The notes under the pieces were generated by a model. That model worked only from the letters and a program-made list of their open reading frames with translations, was not told the DNA's origin and ran no database searches. This document shows positions 8,911-19,507 of a stretch of DNA of 64,000 bases, in pieces. This DNA is from Ghiorsea sp. (GTDB lineage: Bacteria > Pseudomonadota > Zetaproteobacteria > Mariprofundales > Mariprofundaceae), in the NCBI GenBank assembly GCA_027080505.1, contig JALWRX010000053.1, positions 3,303-67,302 of the forward strand, read 5' to 3'. A program made the position numbers and the translations under genes. Every line of letters begins with the position of its first letter. Positions within the stretch are counted from its first letter, which is position 1.

Positions 8911-9279
8911 ATGTCTGTTACAATGACCGAAAGTGCTGCTATGAAAATAAAATCCTTAATGGATGCCGAAGAAAATAAAGACCTTAAACTTCGTATTTTT
9001 GTATCGGGTGGTGGTTGCTCAGGCTTTGAATATGGCTTCACTTTTGACGATGATGTAAAAGATACTGACACTGTTGTTGAAAGTTTTGGTGTACCTTTAT
9101 TGGTTGACCAAATGAGCATGGATATGCTTAAAGGCTCTGAAGTGGATTATCAAACTTCCTTACAAGGTGAATCTTTTGTGATTAAAAACCCTAATGCAGG
9201 AGCAACTTGTGGTTGTGGAAAATCATTCACCCCTGCTGAAACGGGTTCTGGCTGTGGTCACGCCACTGCGGAGTATTAA
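8911..9279 (+). CDS. erpA: A-type Fe-S carrier ErpA/IscA
   Basis: [17 protein letters not shown] and [12 protein letters not shown] motifs. Confidence 0.85.
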   Translation: MSVTMTESAAMKIKSLMDAEENKDLKLRIFVSGGGCSGFEYGFTFDDDVKDTDTVVESFGVPLLVDQMSMDMLKGSEVDYQTSLQGESFVIKNPNAGATCGCGKSFTPAETGSGCGHATAEY

Positions 9280-9291
9280 ACTCTATCAACA

Positions 9292-10224
9292 ATGAGCATT
9301 GCTCTAGCAGTTAAGCAACTTACCAAAACATATTCCAACGGTAAAAAAGCCCTAGAAGGGGTAGATTTGACTGTGCCTGAAGGTTCATTTTTTGCCTTAC
9401 TTGGCCCCAATGGTGCTGGAAAATCCACATTGATTAATATTTTGGCAGATACCGTCAAACCAAGTGCGGGCGAAGTCAGTTTTTTAGGGCATGATTTATT
9501 TACTGAGCGCAAATGGTGTAAACAACGTTTAGGTGTTGTTCCCCAAGAGATTGCTTTTGACCCCTTTTTTAATCCACGTGATATTCTTAAAATCATGTCA
9601 GGCATGTTTGGTGTAAAGCCTGATATGAAATGGATTGATGAACTCTTAGAACGTTTAGAGCTTGCAGAACATGCACAAAAAAATGCCCGCATGTTATCTG
9701 GCGGCATGCGCAGACGTTTATTGGTGGCACAAGCCTTGGTGCACAAACCCAAAGTGGTTATTTTAGATGAGCCCACGGCTGGTGTTGATGTCGAGCTTAG
9801 AAAACGCTTATGGGGGTTTATGCGTGAGCTTAATGCCAATGGCACAACCATTCTATTGACCACCCACTATCTCGAAGAAGCTGAGGAATTATGCGACCAT
9901 GTCGCCATCATCAATCAAGGCAAACTACTCACCTCGCAATCCATGAAAGGTTTATTGGATAATGTTGGCAGTTCTTCTTTGGTATTGGAATACGCTGAAC
10001 CTAAAATCATCAGTGATGACATCAAAAATAAACTTGCTGACTTCTGCCCTAGAACCCAAGAAAATAAAGTTATTTTAAGCCTTAAAAAGTGTGATGGGCA
10101 CACCAACTTTAATGATGCCTACCAAGCAGCATTGGCTTGTTGGGGTGAAGCAATATCTGTCAATATCCAAGATGAAGACCTAGAAGATGTATTCTTACGC
10201 ATCACCCACGAGAACCAATCATGA
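9292..10224 (+). CDS. ABC-2 type transporter ATP-binding protein (YadG-like)
   Basis: Walker A GPNGAGKST, signature LSGGM, ILDEPTAGVD, H-loop TTHYLEEAE. Confidence 0.92.
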   Translation: MSIALAVKQLTKTYSNGKKALEGVDLTVPEGSFFALLGPNGAGKSTLINILADTVKPSAGEVSFLGHDLFTERKWCKQRLGVVPQEIAFDPFFNPRDILKIMSGMFGVKPDMKWIDELLERLELAEHAQKNARMLSGGMRRRLLVAQALVHKPKVVILDEPTAGVDVELRKRLWGFMRELNANGTTILLTTHYLEEAEELCDHVAIINQGKLLTSQSMKGLLDNVGSSSLVLEYAEPKIISDDIKNKLADFCPRTQENKVILSLKKCDGHTNFNDAYQAALACWGEAISVNIQDEDLEDVFLRITHENQS

Positions 10225-10982
10225 ACTGGTATGGCTGCTGGACATTATACTCACGCGAAACACGCCGCTTTTTAAATGTCAAAATGCAAACCGTTGTTGC
10301 ACCAGCATTAACGGCTGTGATGTATTTGATTGTATTTCGTTATGCCATGGGCGAGCGCTCTGTACCTAATTTAGATGTGCCTTATTTTAACTTCTTAATC
10401 CCAGGTTTGGTGATGATGTCAATGATGCAAAATGCTTTTGCCAACACATCCAGCTCTATCATGGTCGGTAAACTGATGAACATGCAAATCTTCCTAATGA
10501 TGGCACCACTCACCGCTTTTGAAGTGACACTTGCCTTCCTAGCTGCGGCTGTCACCCGAGCATTTATTGTTGCTGTGGTATTGTTGTTGGTGCTTGTACC
10601 CTTTACCGACATGCATATCGAACACTTGTGGATGATTCTGTTTTATGGTGTTTGCGGAAGTATTATCATGGGTGGCATGGGTATGATTGGTGGTATGTGG
10701 TCAAAAACATTCGATGATATGGCGCTTTTAAACAACTTCATCATTATGCCACTCACCTTTTTATCAGGTGTGTTTTATTCAGTGAAACAACTTCCAGAAA
10801 CATGGCAAGCAGCCAATCATTTTAACCCATTCTTTTATCTAATTGATGGCTTTAGGCACGGTTTCTTAAACGTAGGTGACACAGACCCTAGCCAAGCCGT
10901 TGCCATTGTATCTATCGCCACATTAACCACGATTTTTTCCTGTTGGCAACTTTGGCGCACAGGTTGGAAGCTTAAAGATTAA
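10221..10982 (+). CDS. ABC-2 type transporter permease (YadH-like)
   Basis: Multi-TM; PGLVMMSM, PLTFLSGVFYS, NPFFYLIDGFR; overlaps the ATPase stop. Confidence 0.9.
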   Translation: MNWYGCWTLYSRETRRFLNVKMQTVVAPALTAVMYLIVFRYAMGERSVPNLDVPYFNFLIPGLVMMSMMQNAFANTSSSIMVGKLMNMQIFLMMAPLTAFEVTLAFLAAAVTRAFIVAVVLLLVLVPFTDMHIEHLWMILFYGVCGSIIMGGMGMIGGMWSKTFDDMALLNNFIIMPLTFLSGVFYSVKQLPETWQAANHFNPFFYLIDGFRHGFLNVGDTDPSQAVAIVSIATLTTIFSCWQLWRTGWKLKD

Positions 10983-11167
10983 ATACCTGCTGAATATTTA
11001 ACAGCAGAGGAATATAAATCGACCACGAAGTACACAAAAATTCGTAAAGTAAAACTTATGGGACAAAAAATCGGGGACAGTGTACTCATTTATCATTTTC
11101 TAGTTCAGGTAAGAGCAATACTACATTAAGCGTGAATATGTAAAGCAGGCTTCATCCACTCATAAAG

Positions 11168-11929
11168 TTACAGCTTTCGACAAACAACATGTATATAGCG
11201 ACCCATATCTACATAAGGTTTTATTTGTGAGTATTGCAACTCCATGGCAAGCACATCTTCATCGGATGTATTACCACCCCGCTTGATACCCACATAATCA
11301 GAAAAAACACGAATACCACTTTGCTGAACAATGCTAAAACCATACTCAGCCAATTTAGACCTAACCCAAGCAGGTTTAACAGGGTTGGGTGGAGTTAAAC
11401 CACCTTTCATACCTGAAAAATCATTGTTTTTGATTTTATTAAAGTTACCTCTAATCAAATTATGAAAAACCAAAGCATCCAAATTATAAAACATCAGTGA
11501 AACCAAACTATGCTGTTGTGTTAGCTCTGCAAGTTTCTTTATCAATGTTTCTGGCTGATTTAACCATTCCATCACAGCATGACAAAGCACAACATCATAA
11601 GCACGGTTTTCCAAATCTTGAAATGCTCCATGCTGCCATTCTATTTGATTTGCAACACCCGCTTGCTCTGCTTGCGCTTTAGCCACAGCCAACATACGTT
11701 CAGATATATCATTCATACAAACCTGATGCCCCTGAACAGCCATCTGCACACCCATTTGACCAAGCCCTGCACCCAAATCAAGAACTTTTAAACCACCTTG
11801 ATGCCATTGTGGAATAGACTGCGCCAAATCACGCTGCAACACAGCCAAACGCATTGCCCCTTTTCGACTACCATATATTTTCTTTTGGAAGTGTTCGACC
11901 AAGGCATCAAAATTTATATCTTGGTTCAT
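11168..11929 (-). CDS. cmoM: tRNA cmo5U34 methyltransferase CmoM (SmtA)
   Basis: D.NFD...HF..KIYGSRKGAMR N-terminus, VLDLGAGLG SAM motif, LCHAVMEW, SLMFYN, GRYIHV. Confidence 0.85.
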   Translation of the reverse strand: MNQDINFDALVEHFQKKIYGSRKGAMRLAVLQRDLAQSIPQWHQGGLKVLDLGAGLGQMGVQMAVQGHQVCMNDISERMLAVAKAQAEQAGVANQIEWQHGAFQDLENRAYDVVLCHAVMEWLNQPETLIKKLAELTQQHSLVSLMFYNLDALVFHNLIRGNFNKIKNNDFSGMKGGLTPPNPVKPAWVRSKLAEYGFSIVQQSGIRVFSDYVGIKRGGNTSDEDVLAMELQYSQIKPYVDMGRYIHVVCRKL

Positions 11930-12592
11930 TTAGATTTTTTCAGATAAACCTGTCATCACCTTGGATGTTAATGTCATACCTGATTTAACCACTTGAGGTA
12001 GCTTCGCCGCACCCAAACTTTCTGCCAAGTGGGCATGCCCAAGTTCATCAACTTTCATTTGCTCCACAATGGCTCGGCTACGCTTATCTTCCTCGGGAAG
12101 GTTTTCTAAGTGTCCACTAAGATGGTGCACAACTTGATGCTCAGTTTCAGCTAGAAAACCTAAATTCCAACGGTCACCCACTGCACCAGCAGCAATACCA
12201 ATAGCAAAAGAACCTGCATACCAAAAAGGATCAAGCACCGATGGTTTTTCTCCCAACTCTTCCAACCGAGTGCGACACCAGTTCAGATGATCGGCTTCTT
12301 CTTCTGATGCATGTTTCAACTTCTCTTTAAGGCTTGGGTCTCGTGCAATCAATGATTGACCATGATACAAGGCTTGCGCTGCCATTTCCCCAGCATGATT
12401 CACCCGCATCAAACCTGCTGCTTTTTTCTTCTGCAATGGCGTGAGTTTATCATCACCAGCAGCACTTGCAGGGTATTCTCGTTGTGAACTTTGTTTGCAA
12501 AAAATATTGTTTAGAGCCTTATCAATGTGTCCAATCACAGTGTCTGCCAAGTTATATTGGCGAAAATCATCTTTTTTCATCGTAAAAGCCAC
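11930..12592 (-). CDS. coq7: Demethoxyubiquinone hydroxylase Coq7 (di-iron)
   Basis: MRVNHAGEMAAQALY, EEADHL, FLAETE.QV..HL, DE.GH di-iron motifs. Confidence 0.92.
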   Translation of the reverse strand: MAFTMKKDDFRQYNLADTVIGHIDKALNNIFCKQSSQREYPASAAGDDKLTPLQKKKAAGLMRVNHAGEMAAQALYHGQSLIARDPSLKEKLKHASEEEADHLNWCRTRLEELGEKPSVLDPFWYAGSFAIGIAAGAVGDRWNLGFLAETEHQVVHHLSGHLENLPEEDKRSRAIVEQMKVDELGHAHLAESLGAAKLPQVVKSGMTLTSKVMTGLSEKI

Positions 12593-12613
12593 CTTTTCCC
12601 TGATGCAAGTTTA

Positions 12614-13318
12614 TCACAGTTGCTCTGTTAGCCAAGCAGGAACATCTTTTGCATGTTGTTTGAGTAAATGCCTATTTTCTTTGTATTTAGGCTCAAACCT
12701 CTCAACTTCAGACCAAAATGCTTTGGAATGATTCAAATGTTTTAAATGCGTCAGCTCATGAATCAAAACATGTTGCACCAAAAAGTCTGGCAAAAATAAT
12801 AATGCTGCATTTAAGCTGATATTTCCTTTTGCCGAGCAACTACCCCAACGTCTTTTTTGTAAGCGAATGCTAACAGCATGATAAGTTACATTCATATCAG
12901 CAGCGGTTTTAGCTAGCCAAACACGCAAGTGTTCTTTTGCTTGTTTTTTCACCCAACGTTTCAAAGCTTCTTGTAGAACACCTTCAGATTCATACTTCCC
13001 ACGCAAGGTAAGTGTTGGATATGCTTCAACCAAAGACAACCGCCCTGTTCCTTCTTCATAGTTTATCATCCACGTTTGCTGAATAGCTGAAAAATAAATT
13101 TTCTTTGGTAAAACAACAGTATGCAAGGGTTTATTAGGAATATCTTGTAAATGTTTCAATACCCAAGGCGTATGTTTTTGCAACATACCCTTCACGCCTC
13201 GCTGCGACATTTGATGAGGCCAAACCAGCTCAACACTACCATACACACTGATTGTAATGCGTGGGCGTTTAGCTCGTTTGGATAAACGTAGCTTCCATTT
13301 GAAAGGTATATTTTGCAA
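12614..13318 (-). CDS. YgjP/DUF45 family zinc metallo-hydrolase
   Basis: QKRRWGSCS..G.I.LN, VLIHELTHL (HExxH), NHSKAFW. Confidence 0.88.
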   Translation of the reverse strand: MQNIPFKWKLRLSKRAKRPRITISVYGSVELVWPHQMSQRGVKGMLQKHTPWVLKHLQDIPNKPLHTVVLPKKIYFSAIQQTWMINYEEGTGRLSLVEAYPTLTLRGKYESEGVLQEALKRWVKKQAKEHLRVWLAKTAADMNVTYHAVSIRLQKRRWGSCSAKGNISLNAALLFLPDFLVQHVLIHELTHLKHLNHSKAFWSEVERFEPKYKENRHLLKQHAKDVPAWLTEQL

Positions 13319-13329
13319 AGGTGTAAAGA

Positions 13330-14079
13330 CTACTTTTTAAGGTACTTCGCCATGATGGTTAAGGATATAAAACGTGGCGTTATTTTTTGAATCAACCACA
13401 AGCATTTATGCCGCCACCCTGGTACACAATACCCACCACCAGCCTGTAATGTTTGCAGCGATGAAGAAACCACTTTTGCCGCAGATGTACTAAACCCATT
13501 GCCCTTACCTTTAGGTGCACCCGACACATCTCTAAATCCTGTAGGTGAAGGTCCTGGTGCAAGCGTAACCACTTTTAACTCCCTTTGATGCTCAATGCGA
13601 ACAGCCTCGCTCCAAAAAGTCATGCCCGCCTTAACAGCCGCATACGTTGCCATATAAGGTAGCGGTGTCTCCCCAGCTAAGGATGATACATTAATCATAA
13701 AACCTTGATTGCGTTTCAGGGTTGGAATCAATGCATGCGCAAGCATCACTGGTGCAACCAAATCAACACGTAATACATCAGCTTGCGCCACGCATTCCGT
13801 TTCAGCAAAACCGCCCCAAACACCAAAACCAGCATTATTTACCAAACCATATAACTCAAGCCCTGCTAAACTATCAATCAATTCCTCAGTTTCTTTGCGT
13901 GATGATAAATCAGCAAATACAAAGCTATGTCTATCAGGATATTGCAAAGCATCTAAAGTTAATTTTAAACGGGCTTTATCTCGCCCATGCAATAACAAAG
14001 CATAACCTTGTTGTTCAAGTTGCATGGCAAACTCAGTACCAAAACCACCCGAAGCACCTGTAATCAATACTGTTTTCAT
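13330..14079 (-). CDS. Short-chain dehydrogenase/reductase
   Basis: TGASGGFG, NNAGFG, catalytic YAAVK. Confidence 0.9.
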   Translation of the reverse strand: MKTVLITGASGGFGTEFAMQLEQQGYALLLHGRDKARLKLTLDALQYPDRHSFVFADLSSRKETEELIDSLAGLELYGLVNNAGFGVWGGFAETECVAQADVLRVDLVAPVMLAHALIPTLKRNQGFMINVSSLAGETPLPYMATYAAVKAGMTFWSEAVRIEHQRELKVVTLAPGPSPTGFRDVSGAPKGKGNGFSTSAAKVVSSSLQTLQAGGGYCVPGWRHKCLWLIQKITPRFISLTIMAKYLKK

Positions 14080-14906
14080 GACTTTCCTACAAAAGAAACC
14101 ATCTTACGTTGTCGTTTACTAAAACTTGTGACTTCCGTTGCACCAAACTGGTGTAACAACTGCAAACACTCCTGCATTGCATGGCCAACTTCTGCAGGTG
14201 CATGCGCATCAGAACCATAAACAAAGGGAATACCAAGACTTACTGCCCGCTCAACAATGCTAGAGTGAGGATAAATTTCTTTCACAGGTTTTCGCAATCC
14301 CGCCGAACTTATTTCTAGGGCAACATCAGCTTGTTTGGCTGCTTGTAACATTTTATTTTCAGCCTCTAAAACCGAAACGGAATCTGTAGGCGCACGGTAG
14401 CCAAACTTTTTAATCAAATCAGGATGACCAATACTATCAAACAAACCACTTGCTGCTGATAACGCAACCAATCTAAAATAATCAACATAAGCTTGCTCAA
14501 TATCACAGTGTTCAAATTGGCTAGCTTCATCAGGATTATCAAAGCCCCATGAGCCAATAAAGTGAACCGAGCCCATTAAATAGTCCCAGTTATAATAAGA
14601 CGCTAAATACTGAATATACTCCTCAGCACCTTCATAATAATCGACTTCCAGTGCTGCTTTAATCACCAACTGACCTTTAAATTGCTGTTGTGCTGATTCC
14701 AGCTCTTCAAGAAATGAATCAAGTTCAGATTCATCCATGCGCCATGCTTTATCAAAACCATTGGGCATAGGTGAATGATCAGACATGCCAATTTCAGTCA
14801 AGCCTGCATCCACTGCTGCTTGTGCATATTCAGCAATTGTACCCTTTGCATGATTGCACCTGGGTGTGTGCATATGATAATCAGGCACAGGTAAAAAATG
14901 TGTCAT
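14076..14906 (-). CDS. Histidinol-phosphatase, HisJ/PHP family
   Basis: DYHMHT..C.HA, MSDHSP, GSVH, GHPDLIKKF, GSDAH PHP motifs. Confidence 0.88.
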   Translation of the reverse strand: MTHFLPVPDYHMHTPRCNHAKGTIAEYAQAAVDAGLTEIGMSDHSPMPNGFDKAWRMDESELDSFLEELESAQQQFKGQLVIKAALEVDYYEGAEEYIQYLASYYNWDYLMGSVHFIGSWGFDNPDEASQFEHCDIEQAYVDYFRLVALSAASGLFDSIGHPDLIKKFGYRAPTDSVSVLEAENKMLQAAKQADVALEISSAGLRKPVKEIYPHSSIVERAVSLGIPFVYGSDAHAPAEVGHAMQECLQLLHQFGATEVTSFSKRQRKMVSFVGKS

Positions 14907-17413
14907 TGTATGCTGCTAGATTTATCTGCCTTTGCAGTAATACCCCTTTCTTGAACAAGCAAAGGACCAACCAACGCTTTGACTGTGGAAATAATGGAGT
15001 CTGCATCAAGGTGTTGTTTGACCAAATATGAATCTGCACCAGCTTCAAGCGCACGCAAACGATCTTCCGAGCTTTCACGCGTTGAAATTACCATTATAGG
15101 CAAGTCTTCATATTGGGGCTGATTGCGAATTTGGCGAACTAAGCCAAATCCATCCAAACGTGGCATTTCCAAATCCGTTACAACCATATCATAAGTAGAA
15201 AACTCTAGTTTTTCCAACGCGTCCATACCGTCAATCGCCGTTTCAACCACAAAACCTAAGCTTTCAAAAATGCTCTTTTCAACTTCCCTTGCAATAAGCG
15301 AATCATCAACCAGCAACACATTAAAGCGTAATTTATCTTCTTCTTTCACTTCAATATCTATCACTTGGTTCGGAGAAGTTCTGCCCATTTCCTTAATACC
15401 ATAAGGCTCAAGAAGCATCATCACTGAACCATCTTCTACAATGGTATTACCCATCAAACCTTGCGGCTGATAACGTTTGATATATGGGTCTAAATCATGT
15501 ACCACCACTTCACCATCACCCAGCAACTCATCTACTAAAATACCAACAAACCCTTCAATATGCTCGGCAACAATAATATAGGGAGTATCTGATAAATTCA
15601 TATCACTGCCATACATCATAGGGCGCAAATCAACAATAGGAACTTGCTGCGCATCATAACTTAAAAAGCGTTTGCCAGCAGTACCATGTATTATATCTTT
15701 TTCATTATAAACAACCGCCTGTTCAATCAAATGGGTTAACATACCATAACGCTGCCCACCAACTTTAAACATCAATGCTTCTTGTACAGCAATACTGATA
15801 GGCACTGAAACAATAAATCGTGTGCCCTGCCCTACCTTGGAATCAATTTTAATTGAACCTGTCAGCTTACGAATCGCATCTTGCACAATATTCATACCAA
15901 TACCACGACCTGCTAACTCATCCACTTCGGTTAATGTTGAAAAACCGGGGCGGAAAATAAGTTCTAATACTTCTGCAGAGTCCATCAAATCAATTTCATC
16001 CTGCGTAGTTACCCCACGCTCAACAGCCACTTTACGAATAAAATCGGGATTAATACCGCGACCATCATCTATGACTTCAATTTGTACTTCACTACCATTT
16101 TGCCTAGCAATAATTGTTACCTGACCACTTTCAGGTTTACCTAAACGTTTTCGCTCATCACTATCTTCAATACCATGTGCCACAGCATTATTCAAAAGGT
16201 GAATTAATGGCTCAACCAGTGATTCAGCTACACCTTGATCCATTTCAACAGATTTACCATCCACAACCAATTGCACACGTTTACCAATCTTATTTGCAAT
16301 ATCACGTACTGCACGTGGAAAAGTTGCAAATATACTATCCAATGGTCGTAACATAAGTGCTAAAACTTGGTCTCGTAATTCCTTCAAAGTTAAACTTTGG
16401 TGCTCCATCTGGAACCTTGATTCTTCCATCAATTGTTGGGTCTTACGTAGCTGATCTTCAAGCAAACTATCCATCAGCTTTAATGATGTTGCCATATTTG
16501 GTTGTTGTGCAAATTTAAAACGCATTTGTTGCCATTCACGGCGAAGCAAGCGAAGCCCCAACAGTGCTTCTTTTAGCTTCTGGTCGCGTTGACCATAGCG
16601 CCCTTGCAGCGTACTCATTTCAATAATGTGGTGTGATAATGCTTCCAAACGCTCTGCATCTACACGTAAAAAGCGCCCTGAACTTTTTCGCTCACCAGTA
16701 CTTTTTTTATCATCAAAATCTGATTGAGGTCTAAAGGCTGAGTCCGAAACAGGCATTGCTATATCAAAAACAGTTTCTTCGTTCTGGTCATCTACAGCAG
16801 AGGTTTGCCCAACATCTTTGGGTTCAGGAAAGGCAGATGCCAATTGTGTATTAATATTGGTTAAACTGAACTCATCATCCTCATCGATATTCACATCGAC
16901 TTGATCATGAGTAGGTCTAGATGTTGAAGTCTCAGCTAAATTTAGAGCTTCTACTTCCTTAACTAAAGATGTTGCTAAATCTTCTTGGGGTTTATCTTTT
17001 GCTACTACTGTGTCTTTTTCACCTTGCTTCAGTGCTGCAATAACCTCGGCAAACTTTACTTCAGCCGCTTTAGTATCAATAAGCTCAGGGTTATCAACAT
17101 CTGCAAGACGTTTTTCTAATAAATCATGTAAATCATATAAAAACTGTAATGCTAGAGGTTGTTGCCAATCACCATGTTCAATAAGGGCTTCAACCATATC
17201 CTCAAAAATATGGGCAATGCGACCAATATCATTGACACCCAGCATCAGTGCCGAGCCTTTAATGGTATGTGCATCCCTACGCATTGCTACCAAACCAGCT
17301 TCATCCAAAGAACCTGACTCAAAGGCAACCAAGGCCTGATTAATAGCGCTTAAGCGCTCCCTCGCTTCATCAAAAAATGATGCAAGAAAATTCGATAAGT
17401 CAAAATCAGCCAT
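14903..17413 (-). CDS. Hybrid CheA-REC chemosensory kinase (ChpA/WspE/FrzE-like)
   Basis: HPt RRDAHTIKGSA, LRVDAERL, LLNNAVAHGIE, DDGRGI, IFRPGFST, GRGIGM, CheW domain, C-terminal REC (LLVDDS, VVTDLEMP). Confidence 0.93.
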   Translation of the reverse strand: MADFDLSNFLASFFDEARERLSAINQALVAFESGSLDEAGLVAMRRDAHTIKGSALMLGVNDIGRIAHIFEDMVEALIEHGDWQQPLALQFLYDLHDLLEKRLADVDNPELIDTKAAEVKFAEVIAALKQGEKDTVVAKDKPQEDLATSLVKEVEALNLAETSTSRPTHDQVDVNIDEDDEFSLTNINTQLASAFPEPKDVGQTSAVDDQNEETVFDIAMPVSDSAFRPQSDFDDKKSTGERKSSGRFLRVDAERLEALSHHIIEMSTLQGRYGQRDQKLKEALLGLRLLRREWQQMRFKFAQQPNMATSLKLMDSLLEDQLRKTQQLMEESRFQMEHQSLTLKELRDQVLALMLRPLDSIFATFPRAVRDIANKIGKRVQLVVDGKSVEMDQGVAESLVEPLIHLLNNAVAHGIEDSDERKRLGKPESGQVTIIARQNGSEVQIEVIDDGRGINPDFIRKVAVERGVTTQDEIDLMDSAEVLELIFRPGFSTLTEVDELAGRGIGMNIVQDAIRKLTGSIKIDSKVGQGTRFIVSVPISIAVQEALMFKVGGQRYGMLTHLIEQAVVYNEKDIIHGTAGKRFLSYDAQQVPIVDLRPMMYGSDMNLSDTPYIIVAEHIEGFVGILVDELLGDGEVVVHDLDPYIKRYQPQGLMGNTIVEDGSVMMLLEPYGIKEMGRTSPNQVIDIEVKEEDKLRFNVLLVDDSLIAREVEKSIFESLGFVVETAIDGMDALEKLEFSTYDMVVTDLEMPRLDGFGLVRQIRNQPQYEDLPIMVISTRESSEDRLRALEAGADSYLVKQHLDADSIISTVKALVGPLLVQERGITAKADKSSSIQ

Positions 17414-17435
17414 GGTTTATAATTGCGTAGCGAGC

Positions 17436-18992
17436 TTAAACAAATTTTTTCAATTCATCAGCAACCATATTTAACTCCTCTGCTGAATCACGCGACTTTT
17501 GCATCTGTGCAGCAGAATCTTGCAGCAATGCAGAAATATCTTTCATCGTATCCACAAACTCTTGACTGCTTTCGCTCTGCTGCTTGGTTGCAAGGGCAAT
17601 CGTATGTACCGCTTTACTTGTTTTGACTGACATATCCTGCATACGCTCAAGCGCAACACCAGCACGACGTGCAATTTCCACACCCTTTGCCACTTCTTCT
17701 AGACCCTCTTGAGTTACTTCAATTGATGCACTGGTTGACTGATGCACATCATCAACCACAACTTGAATTTCCTCTGTAAATTCACGAGCACGCTCAGATA
17801 AACGACGTACTTCACTTGCAACCACAGCAAAGCGCTTACCAAATTCACCTGCGGCTGCAGACTCAATCGAAGCATTAAGTGCCAGCAAATGTGTTTCATC
17901 AGCAATCTCTTGAATTGAATCAACTGATTCAAGAATTTGCTCTGCTTTTTGACCCGCATCCGTCACTTTCTCAGCAATCAAGGTTACCTCTTCACGAATT
18001 TTATCCATGTAACCAATGGCTTCATTCACCGCTTTCACACCTTCTTCAGCAGCAAGTGATGTTGCTGAAGCAATACGCTCAACACTGGTTGCTGTTTGAG
18101 CAATTTTACTTGATGCGCTTGACATACTACTCAATTCATCCGTCACATTCACCACAATATCTGCTTGGGTATTGGATGCTGTAGCCTGCCTATCTACAGA
18201 CATCAAAATATCTTCAGACGAAAACGCCACGTTTTGTGCCGCACTACTAATTTGATTGGTAATATTTGAAGTAAACAAACGACTTAAATAAACCAGCAAT
18301 AATAAAATAGCCACAATCACCCCAATATTAATCCAAGTAAGCCATGCCATTTGCTCTTCTTTATCAACCACCTCTTGGTTCAATACCTGACTAATGTGCG
18401 TTGCAATCGTATTTACCTTATCTTGCCCAACAAATACCAAGCTTTGCGCAACAATGGCGATACTACCTGCTTGTTCAAAAGGGATGGCTCCTGAAATAAT
18501 ATCATTTGCCAAACTTTCCACTTCTGTCATTAAGTCTTTTACACTTTTAAGCTCTTTTTTATCTTCTGCTGATAAACCTGAAAATACGGATACTTCTTTA
18601 TAAAGATTTTGGAAGGCTGTATTGGCTTGTTTAATTTTTTGTACATCGCCTTCATTTGTTGTCATAATATAATCATTTAGTGGCAAAAGGATATTGGGTA
18701 AGATTGCTCTAAATTTCTCAATTTGAACTTGGTGACCATAAATTGCAGCTAACGATTCCATGTTTTTGGATGCCTGAATGGATGTAAACAATACTGTTGC
18801 ACCAAGCACAGCAAAAAACAGAATTGACCAAACCATATTTCGACGCGCTAATGTTCGTATATTAACCTTGGTTTTTTCTGTTGTTTGGGCTTCTGATGTT
18901 TGGTTTCCCTCTTGTTCAGTACTTTCTAAAATCTCTTCTGCCTGAACTTGCGTAACATCACTCATATTTTCGTTCTCCATTTCAATTTTCAA
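17436..18992 (-). CDS. Methyl-accepting chemotaxis protein (two TM, periplasmic helical sensor)
   Basis: Hairpin IADETHLLALNASIESAAAGEFGKRFAVVASEVRRL; two hydrophobic segments. Confidence 0.92.
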   Translation of the reverse strand: MKIEMENENMSDVTQVQAEEILESTEQEGNQTSEAQTTEKTKVNIRTLARRNMVWSILFFAVLGATVLFTSIQASKNMESLAAIYGHQVQIEKFRAILPNILLPLNDYIMTTNEGDVQKIKQANTAFQNLYKEVSVFSGLSAEDKKELKSVKDLMTEVESLANDIISGAIPFEQAGSIAIVAQSLVFVGQDKVNTIATHISQVLNQEVVDKEEQMAWLTWINIGVIVAILLLLVYLSRLFTSNITNQISSAAQNVAFSSEDILMSVDRQATASNTQADIVVNVTDELSSMSSASSKIAQTATSVERIASATSLAAEEGVKAVNEAIGYMDKIREEVTLIAEKVTDAGQKAEQILESVDSIQEIADETHLLALNASIESAAAGEFGKRFAVVASEVRRLSERAREFTEEIQVVVDDVHQSTSASIEVTQEGLEEVAKGVEIARRAGVALERMQDMSVKTSKAVHTIALATKQQSESSQEFVDTMKDISALLQDSAAQMQKSRDSAEELNMVADELKKFV

Positions 18993-19039
18993 ACTTCATC
19001 AACACTTGCTACTTATCTTAACGGCTGAAAACCGTAACC

Positions 19040-19507
19040 TTATTCAAACAAGGCTTCAACGCGCAGAATCGGCAAAGCCCCATATTTTGTCTGCAAAACA
19101 CCCTGAACATATGTTTTTTCCTTGGCTTCCTCAACATCCGATGGCAAGACACGTAACAAATCTAAGACTTCTTCAACCCATACACCCAAATGTACACGAG
19201 CATGGCGCAACAACAAGAAGCGGCTATCACTTGTCTTAGCTTGCAGCTTATTGGGCAAACGCAATGCTTTTCCAGGGTCAATAATACAAAAAATTTGCCC
19301 CCTCGCATTGGTAACGCCCAACAAGTGATCAGGAGCCATCGGTACAGGCGTTAGTAGCTGAGGTCTAATAACACTTAGCACACTAGCCACAGGCACAAGA
19401 AATGTCTCTTTATTCAAGATAACCCGCATATACTCAACCAACTCAGAGTGTTCACCTGCAGCAGCATCCTTAGCTGCTTGAAGTTTGTCTAAATTTAGTT
19501 CTGCCAT
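19040..19507 (-). CDS. cheW: CheW coupling protein
   Basis: LTPVPMAPDHLLGVTNARGQIFCIID, GVWVEEV. Confidence 0.9.
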   Translation of the reverse strand: MAELNLDKLQAAKDAAAGEHSELVEYMRVILNKETFLVPVASVLSVIRPQLLTPVPMAPDHLLGVTNARGQIFCIIDPGKALRLPNKLQAKTSDSRFLLLRHARVHLGVWVEEVLDLLRVLPSDVEEAKEKTYVQGVLQTKYGALPILRVEALFE

